Assembly (NCBI GenBank): GCA_030141605.1
Contig: JAQGDQ010001097.1
Coordinates: 1 to 63,146, forward strand
DNA: 63,146 nt
Reading direction: 5' to 3'
Source of the DNA: Tubiluchus corallicola
Lineage: Eukaryota > Animalia > Priapulida
Positions 1-16,559 of this stretch are shown here, piece by piece; positions within the stretch are counted from its first letter, which is position 1, and each line of letters opens with the position of its first letter. Position numbers and translations under genes: made by a program. A model generated the notes under the pieces. The model was not told where the DNA came from and searched no databases. It saw only the letters and a program-made list of their open reading frames with translations.

Positions 1-52
<52 letters not shown>

Positions 53-145
53 GAAGAAGAGGCATAAGAGATAGGGGAAGAAGAGAGAGACAAACGAGAG
101 AGAGAGTTACGATAAAGAAAGAGAAACAAGAAAGAGAGGGGGGGT
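1..145. repeat. (GA)n / purine-rich microsatellite
   Basis: Direct reading of the sequence. Confidence 0.95.
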
Positions 146-896
146 GAGTGAGTGAAAAATGCTGGAAATTAATAGCGAATGAGTGCTTTCTGTCACGTTT
201 GCACTGTGTCTGATTATTGCAGCTGCTGGCTTCAACATTATGTGAAGCCACTCAGTTGCTGGCTTCTTCTTGTTGTTGTTATTTCCTTATTTACCAAACG
301 TCAATTTACCAAATATCTCCAAGAGATACTTGTTTTCTAAATTTACGTCAAAAGAACGAATAACAGCTAAATAGACAGTGTGTGCGCTCCGTTTACGAGT
401 CTAAGCAACATCGGGCCTTGTTAATAAATGGTAGGGTGGCCAATGAGAAAAGGCAAAATCGTCTGAAAGTCTTCAAAATAAAAAAATCAGGCCGATACGT
501 CAGCACAAATCATCAACATTTTTGATTTAGCAGAGCAAAGGGGGCGACCAGAGCAGGGTCTACTTAAAAAGGCCTACACAGAAATTCTGAAACGTCCACA
601 AAAATTATTGTCCTTTTTTGACCAATCTTTTATCGTACAACTATTGGGTGAAGCCATTGAAGTTACCCTGTTTGAGCAACTGATTTGCATTTATCTGTCA
701 GCTTGCTCCTATTAGATTTTTTATCAGGTTACCAAATATATTATTTTTTAAGTAGCCCAGGTTAATATTCTTGGCTGAAATTGACCCACTAAAACATATT
801 TGTCTTTAACCTGTTGGTATCAGCTGATATTCAGTTCACCAAGCGTTTATTTACCTAGTATCTGCATAACTGAAGGTTCATCTATCAGTCGAATCA

Positions 897-1310
897 CCCG
901 TCCGTCTATTCCTCCGTCCATCCGACCATCCATTCACCCATCCATCCATCCATCCAGCCAGCCAGCCATCCATCCATTCATCAATCTTTCCATCAATCCA
1001 TCCATTCATCCATCCACCCATCATCCATCCATCCACCCATCCATCCACTCCTTCTTCCATCCATTCACCCATCCATCTATCCATCCGTCCGTCCGTCCAT
1101 CCATTCACCCATCCATCCATCTATCCACCCATCCATCCATCCATCCACCCATCCACCCATCCACCTATCTATTCATCAATCCATCTATCCCTCCAGCCAT
1201 CTATCCATCCACCCATCCATCTGTCTATTCATCAATCCATCTATCCCTCCGGCCATCCATCCATTCGTCCGTCCGTCCATTCATCCACCCATCCATCCTT
1301 CTATCCATCC
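897..1310. repeat. Degenerate (CCAT)n tetranucleotide repeat
   Basis: Tandem CCAT/CCAC/CCGT units. They account for the IHPS and MDGW ORFs. Confidence 0.95.
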
Positions 1311-1860
1311 AAGAACCAAACAGCTGATGACGTACACATTGCATGCAGATCTATTTCCCGCATTTCGAACTGTGAAATTGAAATGATCAAATTGTACGGC
1401 TGACTGATGAATTCTGTCTCGTGCAATAAACACTTAATTCGTTTATATCCCTCCGTGTTTACACGTTAACTCTCGATGAGCCAAAATTTAGTAGAACTAA
1501 AGAGCATAAATCTACAAAAACTCGACGCATTTCTATTGATGTTTGTTTGTTATTTGCTACACGTGTCAGCTCGTACAATGAAAATCTGCAGTTGGGTTTT
1601 CTTCAGTGGCAGTTTGCAGTAACGGTGAAGCGACGCGTTTTCGTTTTCCTCTGCGGTGAAGCGTCATAAATTTGTCTTCGACGTCTGCCGCGTAAGGACG
1701 TTTAGAGGTAACTTGACTGAAGCGCCGAAACGCGAAAGAGTTACAACTGAAATCGTATCTGGAAAACGCAGGCAATTTGTCCTATGAATGTTAAAATGAG
1801 CGTTTGCTTATTACATGCGTAATAAGGAAGTATGCGTGCATGTATTACATGCGTATTTAA

Positions 1861-2469
1861 AGGAAGGCAGGATGATTTTTCACATACTACCCCATTTTCA
1901 AGTCCGATAAAAAGTATACATTTTAATATTGCAAAAGCGTATCTGATAATTAAATAATAGTTTAAAAAATTAATTAATGGTGGCCGAGCTCAACTATTGA
2001 TGACATCAGAAACTAACATAATTTCCAAGAGCAAAAATATTCCACGAGCGCGTTGCACGTGTTTGCGAAAGCGAAAATTGAAGTACAGTGCTACTGTAAG
2101 ATGTTCAGTTTGTTGTACTAAAACTAGGCAAGATTTAAGATAAAAATTCAAATTTCAAAGTTACCGCTGTGCTCACACATGAGTTGTCGAACGTGCATAG
2201 TTCGTCACAAACTAACACATCTGAACTGAGAGGTACAGTACTTGTTTTTGCATAATGCGTTTCCGAAATGCAGGCGCTAGTGCCCGTCTAACTAGCGAAT
2301 GGCGAAATGCATGTAACAGCGAAGAACTAGTGGCGCGAACGTGAAATTGTGTTTGTGTAGAAATAATTCTTCCAGGTAAGTCATTTTTGAAAAAATAGAA
2401 TGTTCCCTTTCAATATTTTAAAGAGTTGATTGTTTTGACCTACAGTTTAAGATTGGGTCCGGTTTTGTT
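1861..2469 (+). mobile_element. Non-autonomous DNA transposon family A (Kolobok-like, TTAA-flanked), full-length copy
   Basis: Begins TTAA|AGGAAGGCAGGATGATTTTTC and ends ...AGATTGGGTCCGGTTTTGTT|TTAA. Homologous copies lie at 28430-29034 (+) and 24889-25527 (-), plus partial copies. TTAA target with AG...CT ends is the Kolobok hallmark; the superfamily call is inference. Confidence 0.8.
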
Positions 2470-3000
2470 TTAAAGAAAGGCTGGAAAGTTGGGCATTTTT
2501 TAATGTTCGCAAAAATATTAGAAAGATTTAGTAATGAAACTGTTAGTAAAATCACTCTATAAAGTTGCAATCGTTTTACATTTGGACGCTCCCATTTTGA
2601 GCACCCATAGCTCCACCAATGACGTTGATCATCATGCAAAGAAAAACTTTGCCAATTTTGGTCAAAAGTATTACAAAGTTTTACAAAAAAAGTTAGATAA
2701 CTAATTTTGTGACATTTTTGCAAGAACAACTTTAGCTAGCTAAGTTGCAGAAGTCTGAACTTTGAACAGCGCCTGCTTACGGAAAACCACGATGCGCTTA
2801 CGAAAAGTCACGAAGTCCACCAGTTACGTTGTAATTTTCAAGAGAAAGGCAGCTACCTCCACGCCTGAAAATTTCTATACAGTATAAATTAACTTTATGC
2901 TTTATAGACATAGACAGTTTTTTGCAAATTTCTATGTTATATTTTTCCAAATTTTCGTGATAACAGTTAAATGAACCCAACCTGCTAAATGACTGGTCGG

Positions 3001-3194
3001 TATAGTATAGTATAGTATAGTATAGTATAGTATAGCATAGCATAGCATAGCATAGCATAGCATAGCATAGCATAGTATAGCATAATACGCTATAGTATAG
3101 TATAGTATCGCTTTCTCTCTCTCTCTCCTATTTCCCTCTCTCTCCTCTCTCTCTCCCCTCTCTTACTCTCCCTCCTTTTATATTATATATATAT

Positions 3195-3237
<43 letters not shown>

Positions 3238-3260
3238 TATATATAAGAATATATATATAA
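3001..3260. repeat. Composite microsatellite (TATAG/CATAG)n, (CT)n, (TA)n
   Basis: Direct reading. Confidence 0.95.
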
Positions 3261-5005
3261 GAAAATTGGAGGCTGTTGAATACCTCAGTATTTCATAATC
3301 AGAAAACTTCATGTAAGTGTTGGCGCGAGTTTCTTGAAGCTTGCTGGAAAAATATTTTCTGGATTTCTGGCGAAAAAAATTCTGTTTTGTGTATATTGGG
3401 GGAAACCATCCAATTTCTCGTAAACAAAAACTGCAAATAAAAACTGTAAGGGAACCATACTTTGTAAGTGTCTGCGAATGTCTATGAATATAGCAAGCGA
3501 AAAATGAGTGTTGAGTGTCATTAAAAAGATCACCTCCCATATGTGTACACATATGTCTCTGCGTTGATACTTTCCTCAACCCCCAGACTGCGGCACAAAA
3601 ACTTACGTCTCCTCCTGATTAAAAGGTGTGTTTGTACTTACACTTCGTTATCTTAACCTCGTTATTGCCATTATGAAATGTATGTGTACAATTTTGCGCA
3701 TAAATGAACAAGTCAGGCAAACGAAAAATTGAAATCTTAAAAAATGAACCGAAACTGCATGATTGATTCCAAATCAGACGCAAACCAAAACGGTAATACG
3801 AATTTGCAATCTGTCAAGTGTGCAAAGGCAACACGCTGTGACACGTGACTGCTGTGCTCGACAAGGTCGAATTGTCGATTTGTAAAGGTAGAATGCAGCT
3901 TCAGGAGTTAGATAATTACAAACACGATACACGCATCCCACTTTTTCTTTGCAAAACTCACAATTAAATAAGAAGATTATTGATTGTAATAAAACCGGAT
4001 AGTTCTGATAGGTATGTTCAGCACTTGTTCCAAAAAACATCGAGAAATGTGAAAAATGTGAGACAATGTGAAAAAACAAAGTGAAATTATACATTTAAGT
4101 AACTCGCCAGATATCTGTGTCACTGTGCTGCAAGCTGGTTATCATTACGGAACAGGTGCTGAAGTGGGATACGCATTTGTTCGTCAGCCCACTGAACCAA
4201 CAAGCCATTCAATGGGTTTTATATCTAATAATCAGCACCACTATGCGATGGCTCGTACGGACGAGTCCATCACAATGTAGAGGGATCGAAAATAAATGGC
4301 GTTTAGCACCCCGTAGCATTATTAATTAAATTATAATTAGTTTTATTTGAAGGGCGAGAAAGCATGTGTTTGAAATTGTTTGAAAAAATAATTAGAGCAT
4401 TCGTGGCACACACTTCACTAACTAAGCAAACGTATAAATTGCTTTATATTGCCAATAATATTAAAATTACGTTTGTGGTGAGTCAGTGGTGCACACTGGG
4501 AAGGTGAGTCAATGACATTTTACCAGTAACTGTTGGCGCGGACATTTCAAATTACTAAGAATTTTCGATTATTTAATGCTTACGTTACTAGCATATTTAT
4601 GTACAACAGCAGTTTTAACGATTACTCATGAAAAGCAAATTGACACATTTCATATGAGTCTCCTTAGGAAAGTTTTAAAGATAAGATGATCATACATAAA
4701 ATGAAAATTTATACACCAGAACAAAAGAATTTTTTGGAGTCCAAAAGTCAAGATCAGAAGATTAGGATGGCTGGGGAACCTTCTAAGATTAGCAAGTAAA
4801 GCACCAGTAAGAATAGCCTTAATGGAAGCCTTAAAACCTTGCAAAAAAACCACCTAACAAACCTAAAACAACTTGGATAGCTAAGATAAATTATATGTTC
4901 AACAACTTTAAGCAAATCTATCTTTAGGAGTAGAAGAACTTACGCTGTTAGCTGCATATAGGAGTGCGTGGAATTATTCTCCCACCCTATTCTCCGACTG
5001 CAAAC

Positions 5006-5008
5006 TCA

Positions 5009-5091
<83 letters not shown>

Positions 5092-5160
5092 TCTTTTTTC
5101 TCGCTCTCTCTGCCACTCTCTCTCTTTCTCTGTTGTCTCTTCTCGCTTTTCCTCTCTCTT
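5006..5160. repeat. (CT)n microsatellite
   Basis: Direct reading. Confidence 0.95.
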
Positions 5161-5173
5161 TCGCCCTCATTTG

Positions 5174-5212
5174 TAAGTAACGTCGACCTGGTTAGGAAAT
5201 AGATGGGTGACC
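5174..5212 (+). pseudogene. 5S rRNA internal-control-region fragment
   Basis: TAAGTAACGTCGACCTGGTTAGGAAATAGATGGGTGACC resembles the 5S A-box/C-box region (TAAGCAACGTCG..CGGTTAGTACTTGGATGGGTGACC) and the copy at 52310-52438. Confidence 0.6.
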
Positions 5213-6059
5213 AGTGACCACGAAGAAAAATGCTTCTGTGTATCCAGCTGTATTCGTGGCAAGTCGTGACGTTCAGCTGCTAATAATTCTTTCCAACTCT
5301 TTTAATGCTTTTTTATTGAAAGTGTTAACTATAATTTATACTTTTTATAGTTATAATTTATAATTTTTAATTTTTCCTGGCGCATAGGAAGAATCCGTTC
5401 AAAACTTGTTACATTTTTTCTTCTAATTTCACCGCAAAAACTGAATTGAACAGTGAATAGTAAACAGATTTCATAATAAATTGACCCGTTTTGTCGTTCG
5501 TTTTTTCTTTCAAGTTTCATTCATTGTAAAGATGATTACTTTACAATTTCCTGTCGTATTTCACGAAAGCTATTATTTTCTTTCTCGCTGAAAATTTATC
5601 AACCTACAAGAGTCTTTGTGAAGGTGATAGAGGGAATAATATGGGAAATGAAAGAGAGACAAGAGGGACAGACAGGGGGACGCATTTGCGTCACTTTCTG
5701 GGAAAAGTAAGTCGTCAGTTTGTCAATCATTTTTTAACTGATTAAAAAGGCGAAAAACTGCAAGTGGAGGATTCAATCAATCAAGAAATTTATAGAAAAT
5801 TCATGAAAAATCTTACAATAAAAAACTGACTGAAAGGATGACGTTTTGACAAATGTTGCTGCGCACATTCTTTGTTTCTTAGGACATGACAGGGACAAAA
5901 AGACAAAGCAAAGAATGAAAAAGAAGGGCAGGGCAGGAAACAGGGTGGGAGAAAGGCCTGTAAACAAGAAGGCAATAGGTGGAAGAGAATAGGAGAGAAG
6001 AAGGAAGAAGTAAAAACAAAGGGATCAGAACACGTTCGGTGAGGAAAGAAACACAGAAA

Positions 6060-6077
6060 CAGAGAGAAAGAGTGTGT

Positions 6078-6109
<32 letters not shown>

Positions 6110-6372
6110 CAAACAGGCAGGTAGAGGCAGAAAGAGAGAAACAGACAGAGAGAGAGGAGAAAGAGAGAGAGAGACAGACAGATAACCATAGGGAATCAAG
6201 CGAAACAAATGATCATAATAAAGGCAAGGAAGACGACAACGACGATGACGACGACGACGATGATGATGATGATAATAATAATAATGATGATGATGATGAT
6301 GTGATGATGATGATAATGACGACGACGGTGTTGATGATGATGATGATGATGATGATAACGACGACGACGACA
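6060..6372. repeat. (GA)n followed by (GAT/GAC/AAT)n microsatellites
   Basis: Direct reading. Source of the poly-D/H/S/I ORFs. Confidence 0.95.
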
Positions 6373-7774
6373 AGATGGCGATTGCAAAGTAAATGATGAT
6401 TCGATGATTTGAATAAGGATAAAATCACAATCATTTAATTACAACCGCGCCCCCACAAAACAACCGCAATCAAAATAATTAATTCCGTAATTAAGTCTTC
6501 TTCACTGGCTTCGCAGCGAACAATTAATATGTCGTTTTCCAAATCAAATGTTGAGCAACTGAGTCAGTGAGGAGGTAAATTTATTCCCTTCCCTTATACG
6601 CTTGTTTTTAATTCATTTGGCTTGATCTTGCAAGAGAAATCGTAACCGTTACGCGGCCGTGTCCTTTGAGGCAATTTGTGGAGAGACCGGAATCTCCTCT
6701 CATTATCAAGGCCATATCTCCAAAATGATTTAAGGGCTTTCTATGTAAAATAGGCAAGGTGTCAGACAAATTGTGGCATTAATCCTAATGACGTGCAAAC
6801 TGTACATCACCTGTAGATTTAAAAAGGTCTGCCTACACTGAAAAGAGTTTCATACAGTTTTTCATGCAATAAACTTATTAATATTTTTTTCTAAAGAACT
6901 TCAAGCTACTTTTAAAAATTTAATTTTGCAAAAAAGGACCGGGCAAACCAAAAGCAACTTGGATAGCTAAGATAAATAAAGATGTTTAACAATTTCAACG
7001 AATTCCTTCTTTAGAAGTATAAGAACTTGTGCTGTTAGCTGCAGATAGAAGTGGGTGGAATACTCTAATAATTATTGATTCCTCAATGCCTACAATAGGT
7101 GGAATGAGACTTTGAAGAAGAAGAAAAGGACTCGTCCCTTCAGATGGCCGAAGAGATTTTTCACAGATTTTTAGTGCAGTAAAACTTAGTAATATTATTC
7201 TCTTCTAAAGAACTTCGTGCCAATTTCTAAAACTTTAATTTTGCAAAAAAGGACTCGTCCCCTCAGATGGGTCATACCACAAGCTTCTTGGAGCTCGCTA
7301 CTCCATGCAGCATTTTTATGGTATACTGTACAGCCATATAACTAATCATACAATATCTACCATCTATCGGCTATCGTACTTAGTATTGTGCGTACTCTAC
7401 AGTTCCATCCGATGGAGGTGTCTACCAAGAGCCCTGTGATATGACCAGTTACTCTATCGGAGATGCCATCCCCACTTATTACAAAAACGAAATCTTATTT
7501 ATATATAAACTTACTTTCCTCAAACAGTTTGTGGTACGTTGGAGTTGTTTATCATTGTTTTCTACGTACATTTGAATCTTTATACACGTGGCGACATCTC
7601 TTGGATACTATATACATATAAACTCACAGTTCTCGAACTGTTTGTGGTGCATAACAATTGCTTAGTATTGGTTGCTATGTATTTTGAAATTTTATTCGTG
7701 TGGCGGCATCTCTGAGTTGAAGTTCTATTTGTGCGCACATTGGTAAGGCTTTCTGCTAACTGATGACGTCGTGT

Positions 7775-7846
7775 GTTTTGGTAGCGCAACGAGTAAGGTC
7801 TTGGTCTGCAGATCACATGGTTACCAGTTCAAATCCCGCGAAAACT
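7775..7846 (+). pseudogene. Degenerate tRNA-like sequence (Cys-GCA-like anticodon loop) or tRNA-derived SINE head
   Basis: 72 nt long, with acceptor-like ends GTTTTGG/CGAAAAC, A-box-like TAGCGCAACGAG, loop CTGCAGA and B-box GTTCAAATCC. The anticodon and T stems are mispaired, so it is not a functional tRNA. Confidence 0.55.
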
Positions 7847-8407
7847 GTATTTTAAAAATTTGTTAACAGTTAGTGAAACTTTGTTTTCTATAATACCAGT
7901 CATGTTAATTGTGTCCCCATTTATTGAAATAAATAAATAAAAAAAATTCAAAATAAATCAATCGAATAAACCTGTAATTACAGTCTGGTATTTACTGACA
8001 ATTAATTATTAAAACATCAACGTGGTTTATTACGTGCAGAGAGCCAATTGTGTTATTAAGAGGTTCAAAAACTGTTCTGTTGATGTGAAGTAGAATATTT
8101 TTTCTACGATTTTGTTCACACTTTTATTGCAATAGTCTCTGGTTTAATCACGTGTAAATATTAATAAAGGTAAGATAAGGGAAATATTAAAGGAATGCTT
8201 ATTACTTATAATAATGCCATTAAGGGATTTCTATTTAAAATAGGCAACGTGTCAGACAAATTGTGGCATTAATCCTAATGACGTGGAAACTGTGCATCAC
8301 CTGCTACGGTAACATTATTAAAGGGGAAGACAAGGGAATTTTAAAGTATATCACAAACAATGGTCATTACAAAGTTAATGCTTAAAATTATGCTAATATA
8401 TAAAATG

Positions 8408-8447
<40 letters not shown>

Positions 8448-8662
8448 TTAGTAATTTAATATATTCTTGATCAAACGGCACTGCATCGCTATCCCAGTGT
8501 GCACCACTGATTCATCAAAAAATGCATTACTGATCTTATTGACAATATGAAGTAATTTAAATTTTTGTTTAGTTAGCGAAGAGTGTTCTACGATTATGGG
8601 TGTTAAAATGCATACTTCTGCAGTACTTCAATATGAGGTAGGATAATTCCGTTTTCTTTTAA

Positions 8663-9151
8663 AGGACAAGAAACGCGGTACCTGAAGTAGGTTTCAGAAA
8701 AATCACCTTAAAAAATTATATTACTTTACAGCGAATTTATGCAAATATCTTACTCGCATTGAAAGGAATTCTTGTTTGTTTTCATTTTAAATCTCCCGCA
8801 ATACTGTTCCGACGGCGCCATTACAAGACGTCACTACGCCAGGTAAATCAAGCGAAAAAAGGAAATGTTAAATTATGTCCCAAACTTCGTTTACCTGCTT
8901 GAAAGACTTGTGTAACTAGAAAAGAAAATGATTTTCCAAACTTTACTCAGCGTTATCTAAACGTGTTTCAAACGACAAATGGCTCCCTCTAACCGACATC
9001 GCGGGAGTTTAAATTTACATGTTTTATACCGCGTTGCTGCCGACGCAAGTCCTGTATGCAAACAGACAGTATGTAAGTGGTGTATAATTTTAAGACGAAT
9101 TTTTGGGTTTATGTAAGACAAATTTATATAACTAAAGGGTTTTCTTTTGCT
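8663..9151 (+). mobile_element. Non-autonomous DNA transposon family C (Kolobok-like)
   Basis: TTAA|AGGACAAGAAAC ... GTTTTCTTTTGCT|TTAA imperfect TIRs. An inverted homologous copy lies at 20222-20873. Confidence 0.75.
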
Positions 9152-9534
9152 TTAAATAAAAATTTTTACAAGAAATGAGCACCAAAAATGGCCTGAACAT
9201 TCAAAAAATTTGCCAAAAAAAATAAACGAGCATTCGAAATGCACACAGATTGCACATTCCGGGCAGAACATTCAACTGATCGAATTTCTAAATGAGCAAA
9301 AATGAATTCTGAAAATGTTCAGACCCAACGGCAAAAATCGAAATAAAATTCGATGCACAGGTGTGAATGAAAATAAAACTTCACATGATACAAGAGAGAA
9401 AGCCGGATTGTGCAAATAACGTACTAAAATATAAAACAGAAATGAAATATTTATTATAATCAGATGTATAAAAACGCCAGTCTTAGAATTACATGTAGAT
9501 CAATGAAAATGGCAAAAAAATTAATTTAAAGTTC

Positions 9535-9830
9535 AAATTTGAATTATCAGTGACAGCAAATAACTGAGGGCAAATTTGTTTTGACATTTTTTGACCTTAT
9601 GATCTTGACCTTCGAACTTTTAAAACTTTGACATTTTTACTTTGTGACCTTGACCTTCGAACTTTTGAACCATAAAGCAACGAAATTCCAGGTGTTATCC
9701 AGACCTGTCCCTGTGCCAACTTTGGTGGCTGTAGCTTCTTCATTTTTCGTTTATTGCGCGAACAGACAGACGGACATAGAGACGCGACTGTAAACGTTCT
9801 ACGCACATCAAAGAAAAATAAATGTCGGCA
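9535..9830. mobile_element. Helentron-associated non-autonomous (HINE/DINE-like) fragment
   Basis: Repeated TGACCTTGACCTT motifs, CCAACTTTGGTGGCTGTAGC and a CAGACAGACGGAC microsatellite seed, a layout typical of such elements in invertebrates. Confidence 0.5.
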
Positions 9831-11087
9831 AAGCTGAGGAACGCCATGTAAAGTCTCTACACGCGGGAACATACCATATGTGCAGATGAGGCAGACTAGA
9901 TGTAAGGTAGCCACTGGAGATTTCTTGGCCGAGCAAAAAGTTTACAAAAATTTTACTTTAAAGAGGGATCTGCCCACAGACTCCAGATAGTGGCGGCTTC
10001 ACAGCAAGGGTAGTCTACGCGGGCGCTACCACTTCAAGATGGTGTTGGTTCTTGTGGGATTCTGTATTAGCATTTGTCGGTTAATTGATTTAAATGCAAC
10101 AGGACAATGATGCAACAATAATAATTATAGTATACTGTAATCACGTTTAATGACAAAGCATTAGGCACGAAAATCAAACCGATGAAATATAGCATTAAAG
10201 CACAATATATCGAAACAAAACATTGGCAAAAATAACCGAAACAATTATTGGGCAAAACTGAAAGCAAAATTAAGCGATAGCACCAAATATAAACAGTGTT
10301 CATAATTAAACATATTATAATGCCTTGGTAAAATTTCCATTAGAACATAAATAAACTAAACTAACCGTAGCAAACGTTCGTCTAAGGGCTTATCTTAACT
10401 ACCAGCCACCGCTGGGGAAATGCTAGCAAGTTAACGGGTTAAGAGCAGCATTCAGGGCTGTGACGTCACGTGTAAATTAGCAGCATCCAGGAAATATTTC
10501 GTTACTCAACCTCATGCATAATTTCAATGTCTGACATGACTTCAACTCGTGTAAGATCACGTTTATATTAAACATTTATCAATTGTAAATACCATTAGTC
10601 TATCTGTACCCATGACACGCTGCATAGTAAGGCAAAGAATAAATCAACTTACAGATCGGGATCCCGTGGGATAGTCTGAAGCTGTAGACACCTCTTGCTG
10701 GCCTCAAATAAACTAGAGAACTGTCGTGTCCTTCTCGTCTATCGCTCACTAAGTACTATCACTATAACATCGGCTGCTTGGGACTCCATTAACTGTCCAA
10801 AATCATCACCCATCAACTATGACCGCAGCAAGCAAAAGTAGTAAAATGGACAAACATTTTTATTCGAAAGTTCAGCAAAACCGCCATTACGAAAAGTCTG
10901 ACCTATGTTATGTTTTCAGGTCCAATACCAAAGCTCAACTCTTTTCTACTTTATACACCTGTATCATGACGAGTTTTCTCAGTCACCTCTCTGCATTCAC
11001 AAGTTGATCAGACGGCTTCATGTCGCGCACAAAATTGAATGCTACAAACCAGCCCGCAGAACTTAAATTCCTAAATCTGGGGTTTAA

Positions 11088-11867
11088 AGGGCAACTGAAC
11101 CATTTTTAATACTTGTTTTCAGGTTTAGTTGATAATATGGCAATAACTTGGGTGTCATATTAATTATTATTATTGATTAAACCATCATTACACTATTTCT
11201 CATCAAACTTTCTGGCGGAAAATAAACAGTATGCTACACGATAGCAGCTTAATTTATTAGAAAACGTTTCAAAATTTTAATTAACTTAATTAATTAATCG
11301 TTACTGTACAAGCTCGCTCGTGTAGCAGCCATTATTATAATCACGTGCAATAATTTCAAGTGGAAAGCAATCTTTCTACATCGAGGTATTAATGGTCTAA
11401 TTACGTTATGATAATTATCGTGCAACTTCCAGTGTTCTTGACACATAAGTGTCCGCATCTGACGATAATAATTAGAAAAATAACTTCATTATGGCGTCTC
11501 GGCAAGGTTATTCGGGTCTTAAGTGGATTTAAAAGATGTGGAAACCAGCTAAGTATAAAATGACTTCGAAAAGTGGTTTAAATTTCGCGAGCACAAACTT
11601 CGTCACCCAGTAAGACTCTAAACGGATTCCATCAAAACTTGGACGTTATTGGATTCGAATATGGAATCAAGAGACTGCATTACCTGATTTGAGAGCGAAC
11701 GAGGGCGTGGGTGGACGGATTTTGAAAATAATCGTGAATTAAACGGCTTCGGCTTAAGTTTCGCTAAGTATCAGTTTCATCAGTGAATTCTATTTCGTGG
11801 ATACCTAGAATTTAACTCGACGTTTGCAGACGGTTTGAAGTTGATCTGAATTGAATTTGAAGCTCCT
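11088..11867. mobile_element. Putative TTAA-flanked element abutting a family A copy
   Basis: TTAA|AGGGCAACTGAA ... TTTGAAGCTCCT|TTAA. The right TTAA is shared with the family A copy at 11872. TIR similarity is weak. Confidence 0.4.
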
Positions 11868-11871
11868 TTAA

Positions 11872-12254
11872 AGCATAACCGGACCCAATCTTAAACTACA
11901 GGTTAGAACAATCTACTCTTTAAAATTTTGAATGAAACATATTATTTTGCCAAGATTAACTTACGTGAAAGTATTATTACCACACAAACGTAATTTCTCG
12001 CTCGCGCCACTAGTTCTTCACTGTTACGTGCGTTTCGCCATTCGCTAGTTAGATGAGCACTAGCGCCTGCATATCGGAAAAGCGTTGCACAAAAACAGGT
12101 GCTGTACCTCTCAGTTTCGTTTGTGACGTAGTACACACGTTCGACAGCTCATACATGAGCACAGAGTCAAATTTCAAATTAGAATTTTATTTTAAAATTT
12201 GTCGAATTTTAGTACAATACACTGAATTTTTACAGTAGCACTTTACTTCTACTT
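11872..12254 (-). mobile_element. Family A partial copy
   Basis: Reverse complement of approximately 2080-2469, starting TTAA|AGCATAACCGGACCCAATCTTAAAC. Confidence 0.8.
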
Positions 12255-12850
12255 TGAGAAATTCAATAACGCATATCTTTTTACGTTAGTTAAAACCTTT
12301 TGAACCTCAGAGCTTCTGCATGTCTAGGATAATGTCTCATACGTGGCGTTAACGTCCTGGCTTTCTTGAAGTAATTGCTATATCGCCCGCAGCGCGGCGC
12401 TGTAATTACATTCACAATTACATTATTATGGGTTTACAGGCGTTTTTGTTACTATTACTACAAGCCTTGCTTTGATCCTGACTTGTCTATAATAAGCCAG
12501 CGAGTACCATAAGTATGGTTTCAGTTTGCACTTGCAGGGGGTCAAGCAAACTTAGATGATGAGTAAGGATAGTAACGAAGCCGGATTGTCTCTTTTTACA
12601 AAGCCCGTTTGATTAGATTTTTTCTCGCTATGATTATCGCCGCGTTTTTGACGCTCAGGGAAAATGAATGTCGCGCGTTTGAGCGATTTCACTAGCGGCT
12701 ATCACGAGGCAAAAAAAGGTTCTAGCGGACCTAGCGGCTAGCGAATTTGACAGCACTCTGTCAGCAAAATTGCAATTGTGTACTGGTTTGCTAGTTAATG
12801 TCTGAAAGTTATTGCAATTGCAAACTCTCCGACAGTTTATGCGAGTTGGT

Positions 12851-14108
<1,258 letters not shown>

Positions 14109-14112
14109 CATT

Positions 14113-14362
14113 TGCTGTCTCATGTGAACGCTTCGGCGAGTTACTCTCGACACTTCTAGCTGTGTCGCTCACTCACTCACTCACTCACTCACTCACTTAC
14201 CTACTTACTTACTTCTAGCTGTGAATAGAGAAGTGAGTGTCGGCTCACACTTAGTATCGGAGAGTAACTCGCAGCAAGTTTTGTTTTCTAGTCTGAATAC
14301 GCTTGCGAGTTACTTGGCGGGTTACTTGGCAAGAATGCCCGCTAGTATGAACACACCGTTAA
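14113..14362. mobile_element. MITE-like fragment (PIF/Harbinger-like end), right half of an element split by the CR1 insertion
   Basis: GTGAACGCTTCGGCGAGTTACTCTCGACAC matches 51303-51332. The upstream half (CTCCGACAGTT..GCGAGTT) is at about 12807-12847. It ends CTAGTATGAACACACCGTTAA. Confidence 0.55.
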
Positions 14363-14803
14363 GCTAGCAACTAGCAACCTGTATATTAATCAGTGTGAAC
14401 ACTGTAAGCGAAAATTGCTGCATCTTTACCCAGCCTGAGACTGCTGTTGTGACAGCTGTGAGTAATAAGAAGGCATTAACTTAACAATATGACATTAATG
14501 CAAATATCATGTAATGGTGTCAAGGCTTTAATTGTGCCGGATCAAATGTATTATTATTTATTCTATGTTTACAAAAGCGCGCGTAGTTCTCTTGTAAACA
14601 GTGACAAGCTGATGTACTAATCACTAACAAATATTGTTATTTGTAACTACTATGCTCGTATGACTATTCTATGTATGTATTACCACTATGCACATATTAG
14701 CGTATAAGTGACATTACACGACGAGTGAAATTAAAACGACAACAATAATAATGGTAATGATAGTGATAGTGACAATGACAAATAATAATAATAATAATAA
14801 TAA

Positions 14804-15956
<1,153 letters not shown>

Positions 15957-16559
15957 ATAATAATAATAAGGGAATTTAAAACTCGAAAGAGAAAGGTAGA
16001 TAGGTAAGGTAATGTAGGTAGAGCCTTATCTAGAATTAGTGAAGTACTGTAATATAAAATGTGCATCATCATAAGCAGTCGTGATGCGTGGCGTACACTA
16101 CATAACACGCATGAGCAGTATTAATGTGTGCCATTTAGGTTAGTGAACAAAATAATGGCATAGACAAAGCTTGCTGCTTTGGTGGGCCTGGTTGGGAGAT
16201 TAATTCCAGTGGCTGTATTTTCCATGAGGTAATCTACCCTTGACTTTCCAGACGCAATCAACTGATCAATGATAAATTAAACACATCAGTCTGCTGATTA
16301 GGTATGGAAAACGACACAGGTAACGTAAACAAACACCAGTACTAAGTGACAGAGTCATATGATGTAACCTGAATTATTGTAACATTTGCTTACTTTTGTA
16401 TTTTTTTGGAGAAATTGTCAACGTTTTGCCAAACTATATAATCGGCCTACAATAAAAGTTTCTTTTAAAATAAGGAACAGTGAAAGATAAGCAACTTTAA
16501 AACTTTAAAATACAGGCAAAATGTTCTTTAAAACAAAAACAGAATCAAAACAGATAACT

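Noticed and set aside
7775-7846. Functional tRNA-Cys gene
   Set aside because: The anticodon and T stems do not pair, so it is kept only as a pseudogene or SINE head.
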